From an uncultured cyanobacterium (lineage in GTDB: Bacteria; Cyanobacteriota; Cyanobacteriia; CAKZMO01): 64,000 bases of DNA. The notes under the pieces were generated by a model. It saw only the letters and a list, made by a program, of their open reading frames with translations, was not told the DNA's origin and did not search any database. The position numbers and the translations under genes were made by a program. This document shows positions 1 to 10,578 of this stretch, piece by piece. Positions within the stretch are counted from its first letter, which is position 1. Each line of letters begins with the position of its first letter. Location of the stretch: NCBI GenBank assembly GCA_963719515.1, contig CAVRCJ010000019.1, forward strand, positions 32,001-96,000. The letters are read 5' to 3'.

Positions 1-1056
1 TCTCTATCATGCTTAACGTCGCACTCAGGACATTGCCACTCTCGAACGTTCAACGGCAGCTTATCTACAACGTGACCACAGTTGCCACAGCGTTTAGAGC
101 TAGGGAACCATCGGTCTATCTTGACCAGCTCCCGCCCATACCACTCGCACTTGTAGGTAAGCTGCCTCACCAGTTCTCCCCAGCTCGCATCACTGATGGA
201 CAGAGCCAGTTTGTGGTTTTTCACCATGTTCTTCACGGCTAAGTCTTCGACGGCGATCGCTTGGTTTTCGCGCACCAGCCGGGTTGTCAGCTTGTGTGGG
301 AGGGAAGCAGGTCTTTGCGGGCATCGGCTATCTCAGCGTGGACCCTGGCCACCCTGAGCCGCGCCTTGTATCGGTTGTTCGACCCTTTTTGCTTGCGGCT
401 GAGCGCCTTTTGAGCTTTTCGTAGCTTGCGGTACTTGGCCCTGAAGCCTTTGGGGTTGGCAACCTTCTCCCCCGTACTCAGCGTGACTAGACTGGTGATG
501 CCCATGTCCAGCCCAACTTGGTTAGGAGATTTTGGCAACGGCTCAATGTCTACCTCCACCAACAGCGACACAAACCAGCGCCCTGCAGGGTTAGCTTGAC
601 CGTGATGGTCGATGGTGTAGCAGCTTTTGGAAGCTGACGAGACCATCGAATGGGCAGCGCCTCAGAGCACTTAGCCAAGTACACCTGACCCTCTCTAAAC
701 TTGAAAGCCGACTTGGTAAACTCTGCGCTACCGCCGTTACGCTTCTTTTTGAAGTTGGGATAGTTGGCCCGACCCGCAAAGAAGTTGGTGAAGGCGGTTT
801 GCAGATGCCTCAAGCCCTGCTGAAGGGGAACTGAGCTAACCTCAGCGAGAAATTCAAGGCCGTCCTCTTTTTTCCACTGGGTCAGCATCTTGGAGGTTTG
901 AGCGTAGCCTACACGCTCCTGCTTCTGGTACCAAGCCTCAGTCCTTGCCGTCAAAGCGCGGTTGTAAACGAGACGAGCACACCCCATAGTCCGGCGCAAG
1001 AGGTTTTCTTGCTCAGCAGTAGGGTAGAAGCGGTAGCGGTAGGCTTTTTGGCTCAT
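1..1056 (-). pseudogene. tnpB: TnpB RNA-guided nuclease (IS200/IS605), frameshifted, runs off the window
   Basis: N-terminal HTH KAYRYRFYPT, RuvC-I GLDMG, RuvC-II VEDL, zinc finger CGNC..CPEC and HDR at the window edge; frame breaks near 595 and 300. Confidence 0.9.
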
Positions 1057-1159
1057 GTATTACAGTTTAACGTATTCCGTGTAAGGTATGGATATATTCG
1101 CCCATGGCTCACCGCCTTGTATCCCACCGCTAGAGCGGCTGGGTTTTACGGCGACTTCT
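1..1159 (-). mobile_element. tnpB-only IS200/IS605 (IS1341-like) element, left end near 1159
   Basis: Subterminal imperfect hairpin CCCACCGCT-AG-AGCGGCTGGG (~1123-1143); TTAT just 5' of the inferred left end on the minus strand; no tnpA. Confidence 0.7.
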
Positions 1160-1377
1160 ATAAGTTAATAGCAGGGAGGAACAGCAGGGTTGCAAATTTG
1201 TGAATCTGACATAGACTTGTTGAGGTGATGCATCACCAAGGTGTCGCTGACCGCGAAAATATCTGGGTTTAAGGGGGCTTTGTAACCCAGGGTCCTTCCG
1301 CTCAGCGGCACTCTAAAGTTTTAACTCAGGGGCCAGTGGCCAACTGATTACCAGCAGGCCAGCGGTCTGACAGGACA

Positions 1378-2241
1378 TTGAGCATGACGTTTTGGCTGGG
1401 CTGCGCTGTTTGGGCCTATCGAGGCTGGTTAGGGGAGCTGTTTCCTCAGCAGGCAAAGCCCCGTGACTTTTTACACCTCTACAGCCGTAGGCTCACAGCG
1501 GTAGAGGGCAACGCTACCTTCTACGCTGTCCCCTCCGAAGCAACCCTGACTCAATGGAAACTTTCCACTCCTGAAGGCTTTAAGTTTTGCCCCAAGCTCT
1601 ATCGTGAGGTCACCCACCGAGGGCTGCTGTATCCCCAGCGAGAGCTGGCCCTAAAGGTGATCGATCGTCTGCGCCACCTAGGGGCTCGGCTCGGCCCTCT
1701 GATGATTCAGCTCCCCCCCCGCTATGGCCCCGAGCAGCTAGAAGATTTGGCCCAGTTTTTGCGCCTGCTGCCTCAGGATCTCGATGCTGCTGTTGAGGTC
1801 AGGCATGCGGGCTGGTTCGCTCCGCCCGCCGCCCAGCGTCTTAACCAGCTGCTTCAGCAGCAGCGAGTGGGGCGCATCTTACTCGACACCCGGCCCATCT
1901 ATTCTGGCCCTGATGACCCGCAGCGGCAGTCCAACCGCCGCAAGCCCCAGGTGCCTCTACAACCCACCGTGACCGCGCCGTTTGCTATCGTCCGCTATAT
2001 TGGTCACCCCGATCTGTCGCGTAACCAAGATTACATAGATCGCTGGGCGGCTCAGCTGGGGGACTGGCTGCGCCAGGGGACAGAGATTTATCTGTTTGTC
2101 CACTGCCCGCAAGAGGCGCGATCGCCCACTATCGTAAAAGCATTTCAGCAGCGGCTAGAAGCTGTGGAGGCTCCGGTGCCACCGCTGCCCTGGCTGCAAA
2201 ACCCTCTGCAGGAGCCTGACCAGCTCTCGCTATTTTCGTAA
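1378..2241 (+). CDS. DUF72 (YecE-like) protein
   Basis: GCAVWAYRGW, VEGNATFYAVP, QLPPRYG, AVEVRH motifs. Confidence 0.85.
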   Translation: MSMTFWLGCAVWAYRGWLGELFPQQAKPRDFLHLYSRRLTAVEGNATFYAVPSEATLTQWKLSTPEGFKFCPKLYREVTHRGLLYPQRELALKVIDRLRHLGARLGPLMIQLPPRYGPEQLEDLAQFLRLLPQDLDAAVEVRHAGWFAPPAAQRLNQLLQQQRVGRILLDTRPIYSGPDDPQRQSNRRKPQVPLQPTVTAPFAIVRYIGHPDLSRNQDYIDRWAAQLGDWLRQGTEIYLFVHCPQEARSPTIVKAFQQRLEAVEAPVPPLPWLQNPLQEPDQLSLFS

Positions 2242-2426
2242 ACCTGCCGTTTCTAAGATGAAACTCAACCAACAGACCTCCATAAACTTTGTGTAAAAAC
2301 TAACGGCACCATTGCTGGCGCTCAATGCGAACCAGTAGAATTTGCAAGACAGACCAGTAAAATTTGGTGTAAAGCTGGGCCCCCTCACCGATTAACTCTC
2401 CTCATTCTTTTGTTCCCTTCAACCGA

Positions 2427-4070
2427 TTGATGAATCATTCTGCACTGACCTACGAAGACTCGGCACCCGTCTCCTCAGACCCCTCACAACCCAAACGAAC
2501 GATCGCCGCTATTGATGTGGGTACCAACTCCATCCACCTGGTGGTGGTTCAAATTCAGCCCGAGCTGCCCTCATTTCATATCATTGCTCAAGAAAAAGAC
2601 ACGGTGCGGCTGGGGGATCGCGACCCTAAAACGGGGCATCTCACCCAAGAGGCCATGGAGAGAGGCTTTGCATCCCTACGGCGCTGCCGAGAACTCGCGG
2701 CCAGTATGAACGCTGAGGAAATCATTGCCGTTGCCACAAGTGCGGTGCGCGAGGCCCCCAACGGTCAAGATTTTATCCGTCAGGTGGAGAAGGAAATTGG
2801 ACTGTCCATCGACCTGATTTCAGGGGAGGAGGAAGCCCGACGAATTTATCTCGGCGTCCTATCGGGGATGGAACTAGATCAGCAGCCCCACATCGTAATT
2901 GATATCGGCGGCGGTTCGACAGAGCTGGTTTTGGGAGACGGCCGCGAGCCCCGTTTCCTCAGCAGCACCAAGGTGGGCGCGGTGCGGCTGACCCGTGAGT
3001 TTGTCAGTCACGATCCTCCGGCAGAGAGTGAGATGAACTACCTGCAGGCCTTCATTCACGGGAAGCTTGAGCGCTCTGTAGAAGAGCTTCAGCACCACAT
3101 TCAGCCGGATGAAACGGTTCAGCTGGTGGGCACTTCTGGAACCATTCAGACGCTGGCAACCATTCATGCCCACGAGGCGCTCGGCGTCGTGCCGTCCACC
3201 CTAAACGGCTATCGAATTCCCTTTTGCGACCTCAAGACCATCGTCAAGCGACTGCAAACTCTAAAAACTGGCGATCGCTGTGCCCTGCCGGGTATATCGC
3301 CCAGGCGCGCAGAAATCATCGTGGCGGGGGCGCTGGTGCTCCAAGAAGCCATGCTGCTGCTGAAGGCTGATTCTGTTGTGGTCTGCGAGCGGGCGCTACG
3401 GGAAGGAGTTGTGGTGGACTGGATGCTCACCCATAGCCTAATCGCCGATCGCCTAGAATACCAAAGCTCGATTCGGCAGCGAAGCGTCTTTAACCTAGCC
3501 CGCAAGTACCAAATCAACCTAGAACATTCGGGGCGGGTGGCCCGGTTTGCCGTCAGTCTGTTCGACCAAACTCAGCAGCTGGGTTTGCATCAGTGGGGGA
3601 ACACCGAGCGAGAGCTGCTGTGGGCCGCCGCCATGCTGCACAACTGCGGCCACTTCGTGAGCCACAGCGCCCACCACAAGCATTCATACTACCTAATTCG
3701 CCACGGCGGTCTCCTGGGCCACACCGAAGTACAAATTGAGGCGATCGCCAACCTGGCTCGGTATCACCGCAAAAGCGCCCCCAGGAAAAAGCACGAAAAC
3801 TACCGCAACTTACCGACCAAAGAGTGGCGGCAGCGCGTTGACCAGCTCAGCGCTCTACTGCGGCTGGCGATCGCGCTAGACCGCAGGCAGATCGGCGCAA
3901 TTCGGCAGATGCAGTGCGAAATTTCGCCCGATAAATCAGAGCTGGTTCTACGCCTACAGCCTTCTATTCCGAATGATTCCTGCAGCCTGGAGATGTGGAG
4001 CTTGGGCTACAAGAAAGACTGCTTCGAGATCGAATTTGACCTTAAATTAGTGCCGGTCATAGAGGGGTAA
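2427..4070 (+). CDS. ppx: Ppx/GppA exopolyphosphatase
   Basis: IDVGTNSIH, ATSAVREA, DIGGGSTE, ALREG motifs and C-terminal HD-like domain. Confidence 0.92.
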   Translation: MMNHSALTYEDSAPVSSDPSQPKRTIAAIDVGTNSIHLVVVQIQPELPSFHIIAQEKDTVRLGDRDPKTGHLTQEAMERGFASLRRCRELAASMNAEEIIAVATSAVREAPNGQDFIRQVEKEIGLSIDLISGEEEARRIYLGVLSGMELDQQPHIVIDIGGGSTELVLGDGREPRFLSSTKVGAVRLTREFVSHDPPAESEMNYLQAFIHGKLERSVEELQHHIQPDETVQLVGTSGTIQTLATIHAHEALGVVPSTLNGYRIPFCDLKTIVKRLQTLKTGDRCALPGISPRRAEIIVAGALVLQEAMLLLKADSVVVCERALREGVVVDWMLTHSLIADRLEYQSSIRQRSVFNLARKYQINLEHSGRVARFAVSLFDQTQQLGLHQWGNTERELLWAAAMLHNCGHFVSHSAHHKHSYYLIRHGGLLGHTEVQIEAIANLARYHRKSAPRKKHENYRNLPTKEWRQRVDQLSALLRLAIALDRRQIGAIRQMQCEISPDKSELVLRLQPSIPNDSCSLEMWSLGYKKDCFEIEFDLKLVPVIEG

Positions 4071-4083
4071 ACGGCTCGTTGTA

Positions 4084-4117
4084 GGCGTAGGGGCACAGCA
4101 TGCTGCGCCCCTGCGCC
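4084..4117. repeat. GTAG-type REP-like hairpin between convergent genes
   Basis: GGCGTAGGGGCACAGC-AT-GCTGCGCCCCTGCGCC imperfect palindrome. Confidence 0.6.
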
Positions 4118-4128
4118 CTTACCAATAG

Positions 4129-4983
4129 CTATTCAGGGCGACGGGCCAGCAGCACCGGGCAGGGCGCATACACCCGAATGTAGTCCGACAGCGACTGACC
4201 CAGGAGTCGGTCGAGATCGGGCAGTCCCCTGGCAATAGAGGGACGCCCCTCTGGCGATCCCATAATCAGTAGGTCAACATCCAGGTCAGACGCCAGCTCA
4301 CAGATGCGTTCCCCCGGTCGGCCCGCTGGCGCTTCGCAGCGATACTTAATGTCCATGTTGCGGGCCGCAGCGACAGCGGGCGCGAGAACTGGGTCTTCTT
4401 CTGGCGCGCTAGTTGGCGCGTCGGGTATGGCTTTCAGGTCAGGGCTGACGTGAACCAGTACTAGCTCGCCGCCGTTGATATCTCGAATCGTAGCCAGCGC
4501 TAGGTCGAGCACCTGCTGCGCGGTCGAGGAGCGATCGAGGGTGACCAGCACGCGGCGAATTTTTTTGACGTAGATATCGTCCTTAACCAGCAGCATTGGC
4601 CGAGACGCTAACTGAAATACATACTGGCTGACGGAGTTCTCTAAAATTGACTGCAGACGCTTGAGCCCTCGCGACCCCATGATGATCAGATCGGCGTCAA
4701 TTTCTTTGGCAACGCGGCAGACGATGTCTTTGGGATCGCCCTCCCGCAGCATAGCAGTGGCCTGGGACGGGTCTAGGCTCAAAGACTGCATGGTCCGCGC
4801 TAGAACCTTACCTCCTTCTTCCCATTTCGCCGTCATGCCTTCCGCCGTCACCTGAGGTGAAACGACGTGAAGAACGGTGATGGCGGCCTGCTGGAAAAAA
4901 GGGCTGTCCCGCAAAAATCTTAGCATTGCCTCTGACTGCCCAGTGCCCGAGTCAGCCAGCAAAATCCGGTCCATCTTAATCAT
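4129..4983 (-). CDS. Universal stress protein, two USP domains
   Basis: DLIIMGSRG..ENSVS and DLLIMGS..GQSLSDY..APCPVLL. Confidence 0.88.
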   Translation of the reverse strand: MIKMDRILLADSGTGQSEAMLRFLRDSPFFQQAAITVLHVVSPQVTAEGMTAKWEEGGKVLARTMQSLSLDPSQATAMLREGDPKDIVCRVAKEIDADLIIMGSRGLKRLQSILENSVSQYVFQLASRPMLLVKDDIYVKKIRRVLVTLDRSSTAQQVLDLALATIRDINGGELVLVHVSPDLKAIPDAPTSAPEEDPVLAPAVAAARNMDIKYRCEAPAGRPGERICELASDLDVDLLIMGSPEGRPSIARGLPDLDRLLGQSLSDYIRVYAPCPVLLARRPE

Positions 4984-5125
4984 GTCTGTTCTCCCCTCGA
5001 TCTTTCCCGTAGATCGCTGTCGATTTGCGTAGTCTGCTGCCGCATTCGAGCAGCAATCCACTCAACACGACTATACGTTGGACGCCTACGCTTAATCGAT
5101 TTGCGTTACGTGATGTCACACAGCG

Positions 5126-5599
5126 CTAGCGAAAGAAAACGACGCTGAAGAACAGGGCCGTAATTACACCGTAGCAGGTGGCCAAAAACGCTTGAAAGGA
5201 GACGCCGCGATATATCGTGATCATGATCACAAGAGTCAACGAGAACAGGAGCTCAACCCAGGGAACGGAGAGCAGCGCCTCGGGGTCATACAGGCTGTTG
5301 AAGGCGGCAAATAGAATTAATGCCCACAGCGTTGAGATCACATAGATGTTGAATCGAGGGATCTTGACCTCATAGGGAGACTTGAAGGCATCGGTGAAGA
5401 ACGAAATATAGGTAATTGCCAGCGGTGGAATCAGGCTCGCGAGAACGCTCTTGACTCCCGCTCCAAAGCTAAACGCGAAGGAATTGAGAATCAAGTAGAA
5501 CATGTAGCCCAGCAGTACCGCAACGCCCAGCAGCGCAATGGCGATGCTGACACCCTTGAGCAGCGGTCCGCGGCGGTTAGATTGAGACTCGTTAGCCAT
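5126..5599 (-). CDS. Hypothetical integral membrane protein
   Basis: 157-aa ORF with about 5 hydrophobic segments and an AGGAGG RBS-like sequence upstream. Confidence 0.7.
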   Translation of the reverse strand: MANESQSNRRGPLLKGVSIAIALLGVAVLLGYMFYLILNSFAFSFGAGVKSVLASLIPPLAITYISFFTDAFKSPYEVKIPRFNIYVISTLWALILFAAFNSLYDPEALLSVPWVELLFSLTLVIMITIYRGVSFQAFLATCYGVITALFFSVVFFR

Positions 5600-5870
5600 A
5601 TCCTAATGTCATACCTCCTAAATAATAGCCATTGAGCCGTTGCCCATTAAGGCTAAGCCGCGACGATGACGTGCATCGGCTGGCAGACTCCTAATGTAAT
5701 GCAAAAATTCGTCACTAAAACCTGCCGCAAATTGAGCGAGATGCTCTCTAGGATTGACGTCTAAGTATCCACGTAAAGCGTTGAGACAGCCTAGAATTTA
5801 AGCATGCCTCAAAAGAAGGCTCACCACAAGAACGTTTTGATGCATTTCACTCTGAGAATTCACGGTTGCT

Positions 5871-6260
5871 ATGTCTGACTCATTCCAGTCTGACTCATTC
5901 CAGCAGATCTCTAGCGCTTCTGCAGGCGGCGCTAGTCCTGCCCTGCGGCGGATGGGGCTGTTTGTTTATCTTGTCCCTGTGATGGGCGCTGTACCGGCGC
6001 TGTGGACCCTTTCGAAAAGTAAGGGCGATCGCCAACAGCGCTACGTCAGCCGCCTTAGCGTGACGCTGGCGTCGAGCTGGCTGCTGGGCTATACCTTATT
6101 GGGAATAGGCAATTCCGGCGGGCATACCCTGTGGCTGCTTATTCTCAGCAGCTTGCTCACCTCAGGATACTTTTTAACCAGCCTTTGGCTGATGGCGCAG
6201 CTCTGGCGGCGTAAGCAGTTGTGGCTGCCGGGGCTCAGTGCCCTTAGCCGCCGCCTCTAA
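5871..6260 (+). CDS. Hypothetical membrane protein
   Basis: 129-aa ORF with 3 hydrophobic segments; 15-bp duplication at the start (SDSFQ x2). Confidence 0.65.
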   Translation: MSDSFQSDSFQQISSASAGGASPALRRMGLFVYLVPVMGAVPALWTLSKSKGDRQQRYVSRLSVTLASSWLLGYTLLGIGNSGGHTLWLLILSSLLTSGYFLTSLWLMAQLWRRKQLWLPGLSALSRRL

Positions 6261-6407
6261 AAGGCGATCGCCCTAGATATCGGCACAGCGCACAATGAGC
6301 ATTCTGGCGGCGGGCAAAGATAATAGGATGAAGCGCCGGTTTGCTCGCCTCAATGCGTCAACCCTAGTTTTTCTCAGCGGCCCTCTATTCTATAGTCAAG
6401 AACTCCT

Positions 6408-7766
6408 GTGGCATCCATAACCCCACCTCATGCGTCAACGTCCCGTACGTCAGCCCGTCCCCTGCGCTGGCTTTTGCTAGCGCTCGGCCTGTCCGGGACG
6501 GCGATCGCCTCTGCGGCTGCCGGGGCCCTGTTCGCCGTAGGGCTGACCAGTACCCCACTTCTGCAAAGCGCGCTCAGCTCAGAGGAGGAGCAGGTATTTG
6601 GCGAGGGCGATCGCATTTCGGCCACCGACTTTCGCTTGCCCCGTCTTACCCGCCCCGTCAACATCCTCGTCTTAGGGGTAAAGGTACTGACCTCGGACTT
6701 GGAAGAGACGCCTAGGGCCGCTGATGATCTGGGGTATCACGCCCTGGTAAACGACCTTGATGGCCTGTCGGACACCATGCTGCTGCTGGGATTCGACCCA
6801 GAAGACGACAACTTGGCTATGCTCTCTCTGCCCCGAGACACCCGCACTTGGGTTGACGGTATGGGCTACACCAAACTCAACGAGGCCAACCGAGAGGGAG
6901 GGCCAGCTTTGGCGGCCTCCACCACCAGCGAGCTGCTGGGGGGCGTGAACGTCGACCGCTACGTGCGCATCAATGTGCAGGGGGTGGAAAAGCTGATCGA
7001 TGCGCTGGGGGGGGTGGAGGTCTATGTGCCCTACGACATGCAGTACCAGGACGACAGTCAGCACCTCTACATCAACCTCAAGGAGGGCCAGCAGCGGCTC
7101 AGCGGGGACCAGGCGCTGCAGTTTTTGCGCTATCGCTACGACGGCTATGGCGACATTGGCCGCATCCAAAGGCAGCAGACGCTGCTGAGGGCGCTTCAAG
7201 AGCAGGCCCTCAGCCCCATGACCCTGACCCGCGTCCCCAAACTTTTGTCGGTGGTCCGCGACAATATCGACACCAACTTGAGCCTCGAAGAACTCCTGGC
7301 TTTAGTCGGCTTTGCCGCCCGTATGGACCGCTCTGAGGTGCAGCAGCTTTTGCTGCCGGGAGACTTTAGCGAGGCCGGCTATAGCCTCAGCTACTGGCTT
7401 CCTGACGAGCGAGCCATTGACCGCATGATGGCCCAGCACTTTGATCAAGACGCCGAGCTGGCGGCGCTGCCCAGCCGGGGCGACGTCCGCATTGCCATCC
7501 AGAACAGCACGGGCGACGACTACGCCATTGACGATTTGATTATTCGCCTGGAGGAAGCGGGCTACTGGAATATTGGGGTCAACGAGTACTGGAGTGAACC
7601 CTTATCTGAAACCCGCATCATTGCCCAGCAGGGGGACACCCGGCTTGCTGACGAGCTGCAGCAGGTCTTAGCGCTGGGGGAGGTGCGCACCGAAAGCACT
7701 GGCACCCTGAACTCTGACATTACGATCGCCATCGGGCAAGATTGGGTAGAGGCAAACCCCTACTAG
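6408..7766 (+). CDS. LCP (LytR-CpsA-Psr) family protein with LytR_C domain
   Basis: N-terminal TM, SDTMLL, LSLPRDT, ALQFLRYR..GDIGRIQRQQ, C-terminal SDITIAIGQDW. Confidence 0.9.
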   Translation: MASITPPHASTSRTSARPLRWLLLALGLSGTAIASAAAGALFAVGLTSTPLLQSALSSEEEQVFGEGDRISATDFRLPRLTRPVNILVLGVKVLTSDLEETPRAADDLGYHALVNDLDGLSDTMLLLGFDPEDDNLAMLSLPRDTRTWVDGMGYTKLNEANREGGPALAASTTSELLGGVNVDRYVRINVQGVEKLIDALGGVEVYVPYDMQYQDDSQHLYINLKEGQQRLSGDQALQFLRYRYDGYGDIGRIQRQQTLLRALQEQALSPMTLTRVPKLLSVVRDNIDTNLSLEELLALVGFAARMDRSEVQQLLLPGDFSEAGYSLSYWLPDERAIDRMMAQHFDQDAELAALPSRGDVRIAIQNSTGDDYAIDDLIIRLEEAGYWNIGVNEYWSEPLSETRIIAQQGDTRLADELQQVLALGEVRTESTGTLNSDITIAIGQDWVEANPY

Positions 7767-7770
7767 CGCT

Positions 7771-10572
7771 TTAAGGCGGACGCCCCTCCCGGTTTGGACG
7801 GTTTCCCGACCAGTCGTCCACCGGAATTGTAATCTCGCTGCCGTCCCGGACGGCGCGGTAGTGGGGCGAGAGAATTTCGATGTCGGTGTGGTTGCACTCG
7901 TCCTGAATGTTCTCGTGCAGGCGAGAGTAGATGCGAGGCAGCTGCTTCACTTGGTCAGTGTAGGCGTTCAGCTCGTAGCTCACGTAATAGTCGTCTAGGC
8001 TGGTTTGCAAAATGAAGGGGGCGGGGTGGGCGCGGAGCCCTTTAGTGTTGCGGGCCGCCCGCATCAGCACCTGATGCACCTTTCGCCAGGGCACGTCGTA
8101 GCCCAAGGTTACGGTGGTGTGGACAATTAGCGGCGCGATGCGTCCGTCCTCCCTAGAGGTGCTGAAGTTCGAAATCAGGTTGCTGAGCACCGTGTGGTTT
8201 TGCAGCGTTACGACGACGTTTTTTGGGGTACGTACTTTATGTACGAATAGGTTTTGCTCCACCAGCTCTCCGGTAACGCTGCCGATTGTGACCCAGTTTT
8301 TCTCCTTCAGGTCGGTGAGAAACACCAGCACGAACCCAGCAATTACATCTCCGATGGTGGCCTGGGCGCTGAGGGAGAACGCCAGCACCGCAAAGGCGGA
8401 CACGCCTGCTAGGTAGGCCGTCCCTGCCCCCGGGAGATGGGGTGAGGCAATGACAACGGCAAAAGCTACCACCACGAGGCTCATCCCGTAAAACACCATC
8501 GTCCGGTATGCCCCCCGCTCTGGAATCAGCCGCACACCGCGCTTGATGAAGAAGATCGCTCCCCAGGCTGACCCAATCACAATCAGTAGCTCAAAGAAGT
8601 CGTCCTGCAAATACTCTGTAAGGGCATTCCAGCTGCTGATGGCGGCGATCGCGAGCGCGTTGAGAAGCGTTTGTAGCGGGAAGAAGGGCAGCAGGGCCAT
8701 GCTGCCTAGGGTTGCCATCCCCACCGCGAGGCTCACCGCCCACGCTAGGCGGCGGCGGGTCGACCTAAGGACGAGGTAGCGCGATCGCCTCCGCAGCCAC
8801 CATTGAGCAAATAGCCCGACATTGGCCAGCAGCAGCGGCACCATCAGCCTGCGGTAGAGCTGGTCCGTCCGTCGCTGCTGCCGCCACCGGAGAATTAGCC
8901 CCCCGCTCAATACAAGGAGGAGAATGGTGAGTCCGACATGTAGGGCGTAGGCGCGTTTGTATCTGCTGACGCGCTGCTGAATTTCGTAGCGGTACAGGGT
9001 GGCGAGGGCCAGGCGAGCCGCGCTATCGTCCGGCGTCGCGATCGCCTGCTCGACCTCAGCGGAGACCACCGCAGCGATCGCTTGCTCTACCTGAACCGCA
9101 AGATCGCCGCTCTGCTGGGCGGGAGAGGCCAGGGCAATGGCCTCCTTAACCTGGTTACCGATGGCCAGCGGAACCAGCTGCTCAATATCTATGGCGAAAA
9201 CCGCTGATGGCGCTAAGTCTGCGATCGCCGCCTGAATGTCCCTGTGGAGCGCCAGCGCGGCGATCGCCTCTTTCGTGGCAGCGGGAACCAGCGCGGCGAT
9301 TTCCCCGTTTATGGCGGTCGATAGCGGCATCTCGCCCACGGCCTGCCGGGTCGCTTCGGTATACGCTTCTAGGGTGGCGATCGCCTGCGCAACTCTAGGA
9401 GATGGGGCCTCGAGGCTTGCTTCGGCCTCATTCGAGAAGAAATCTAGGTCGGCGATCGCCTGGTTAACGTCTAGCCGCAGGACCGTCATCACCGTCAGGT
9501 CTTCCGCTTTGAGAAGCACATCTTCAGAGCGGTCGCTGCCCTCGGGGGCGTCTTTTGAGGCTACGGTCAGGGCCTCGGCGGAGTTGATACGACGGATGCG
9601 ATCGGTGATGATGGTGCCGCGATAGGCCGCGTTGTAGAAGTCGCCAGACTGCCGCACGGGAAATAGACGTTCCCGACTGCGGCCCACCGGTTGAGGCTGG
9701 GCTGGCTCGCCATTTTGCCTGTCTTGCTGGCCCTCTTCTGAGGTATCCGGCTCGGGCTTTACTCTTTCGCCAAGAACCGACTGACGCCATTGCCAGAGCT
9801 GATAGGGCTTCCAGTCAAAAGTAACCCATGAGGTCTGCTCGGAGACCTCGCTGACCACCTGCTGGATGCGAGCAAGTCGCGCTGCCGCCAGGACCGCCGC
9901 CGAGGACGCCCCTACTAGTTCGACATCGGCTGGCGCTACTAAAAGAATGACGCGATTGCGTCCCTGCAGCGACGGCATGTCAGAGACAATGCCCGCCACT
10001 GACTCTTCTCCCAGCGCCTCCACCCCCTCAAGCGCAGAGAAGGCCAGAACTTGCTCTAAGTCTTGCCCCTGAAGCACGCCCAGGGATTGGAGGTCGATGC
10101 GGCCTGAAATAATATCTGCAATCTGCTCTTCAACCCGAGCAACGCGCTCCCGGGGGGTATCACCTTGAAACCACGTTTCAACACAAAAGAGGGTCTGGCC
10201 GTAGCCCTCAACGCGGACGCTGTGGCTGCTCAAGATACAGCTGGGCTCTTGAGGCACGGGATCTAGCGCGGCATTTTCTGACGCGGGGTCTTTGAGCCCA
10301 GAATTGTCTAGCGCCGCGCCGCTTTGCGCCGCTTCCGCCTGCGCTGTGTCAGTCTCTGGCTCTAGCTGCTGGTCTGACGGCGCGGCGGGCTGCGACGCGG
10401 CGGGCTGCGACTGGGCAACTGCGGTTCTCGCCTCGAACCAGCTCGCTCGCCTCTGGGGTGCGTTGCTCAACCAGACGCCTAGGGCGATCGCCAGGGACAA
10501 GAAGACGAGCCCGCTTCGCCTAAGATCTGATCGCCAGATCCGCCGCCGGAATAGCCGCCGGGTCTGCCGCAC
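7771..10572 (-). CDS. MscS-family mechanosensitive channel with long N-terminal extension
   Basis: C-terminal MscS core: IGDVIAG, VTLGYDVPW, LDDYYVSYEL, EILSPHY. Confidence 0.85.
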   Translation of the reverse strand: MRQTRRLFRRRIWRSDLRRSGLVFLSLAIALGVWLSNAPQRRASWFEARTAVAQSQPAASQPAAPSDQQLEPETDTAQAEAAQSGAALDNSGLKDPASENAALDPVPQEPSCILSSHSVRVEGYGQTLFCVETWFQGDTPRERVARVEEQIADIISGRIDLQSLGVLQGQDLEQVLAFSALEGVEALGEESVAGIVSDMPSLQGRNRVILLVAPADVELVGASSAAVLAAARLARIQQVVSEVSEQTSWVTFDWKPYQLWQWRQSVLGERVKPEPDTSEEGQQDRQNGEPAQPQPVGRSRERLFPVRQSGDFYNAAYRGTIITDRIRRINSAEALTVASKDAPEGSDRSEDVLLKAEDLTVMTVLRLDVNQAIADLDFFSNEAEASLEAPSPRVAQAIATLEAYTEATRQAVGEMPLSTAINGEIAALVPAATKEAIAALALHRDIQAAIADLAPSAVFAIDIEQLVPLAIGNQVKEAIALASPAQQSGDLAVQVEQAIAAVVSAEVEQAIATPDDSAARLALATLYRYEIQQRVSRYKRAYALHVGLTILLLVLSGGLILRWRQQRRTDQLYRRLMVPLLLANVGLFAQWWLRRRSRYLVLRSTRRRLAWAVSLAVGMATLGSMALLPFFPLQTLLNALAIAAISSWNALTEYLQDDFFELLIVIGSAWGAIFFIKRGVRLIPERGAYRTMVFYGMSLVVVAFAVVIASPHLPGAGTAYLAGVSAFAVLAFSLSAQATIGDVIAGFVLVFLTDLKEKNWVTIGSVTGELVEQNLFVHKVRTPKNVVVTLQNHTVLSNLISNFSTSREDGRIAPLIVHTTVTLGYDVPWRKVHQVLMRAARNTKGLRAHPAPFILQTSLDDYYVSYELNAYTDQVKQLPRIYSRLHENIQDECNHTDIEILSPHYRAVRDGSEITIPVDDWSGNRPNREGRPP

Positions 10573-10578
10573 CGCTGC

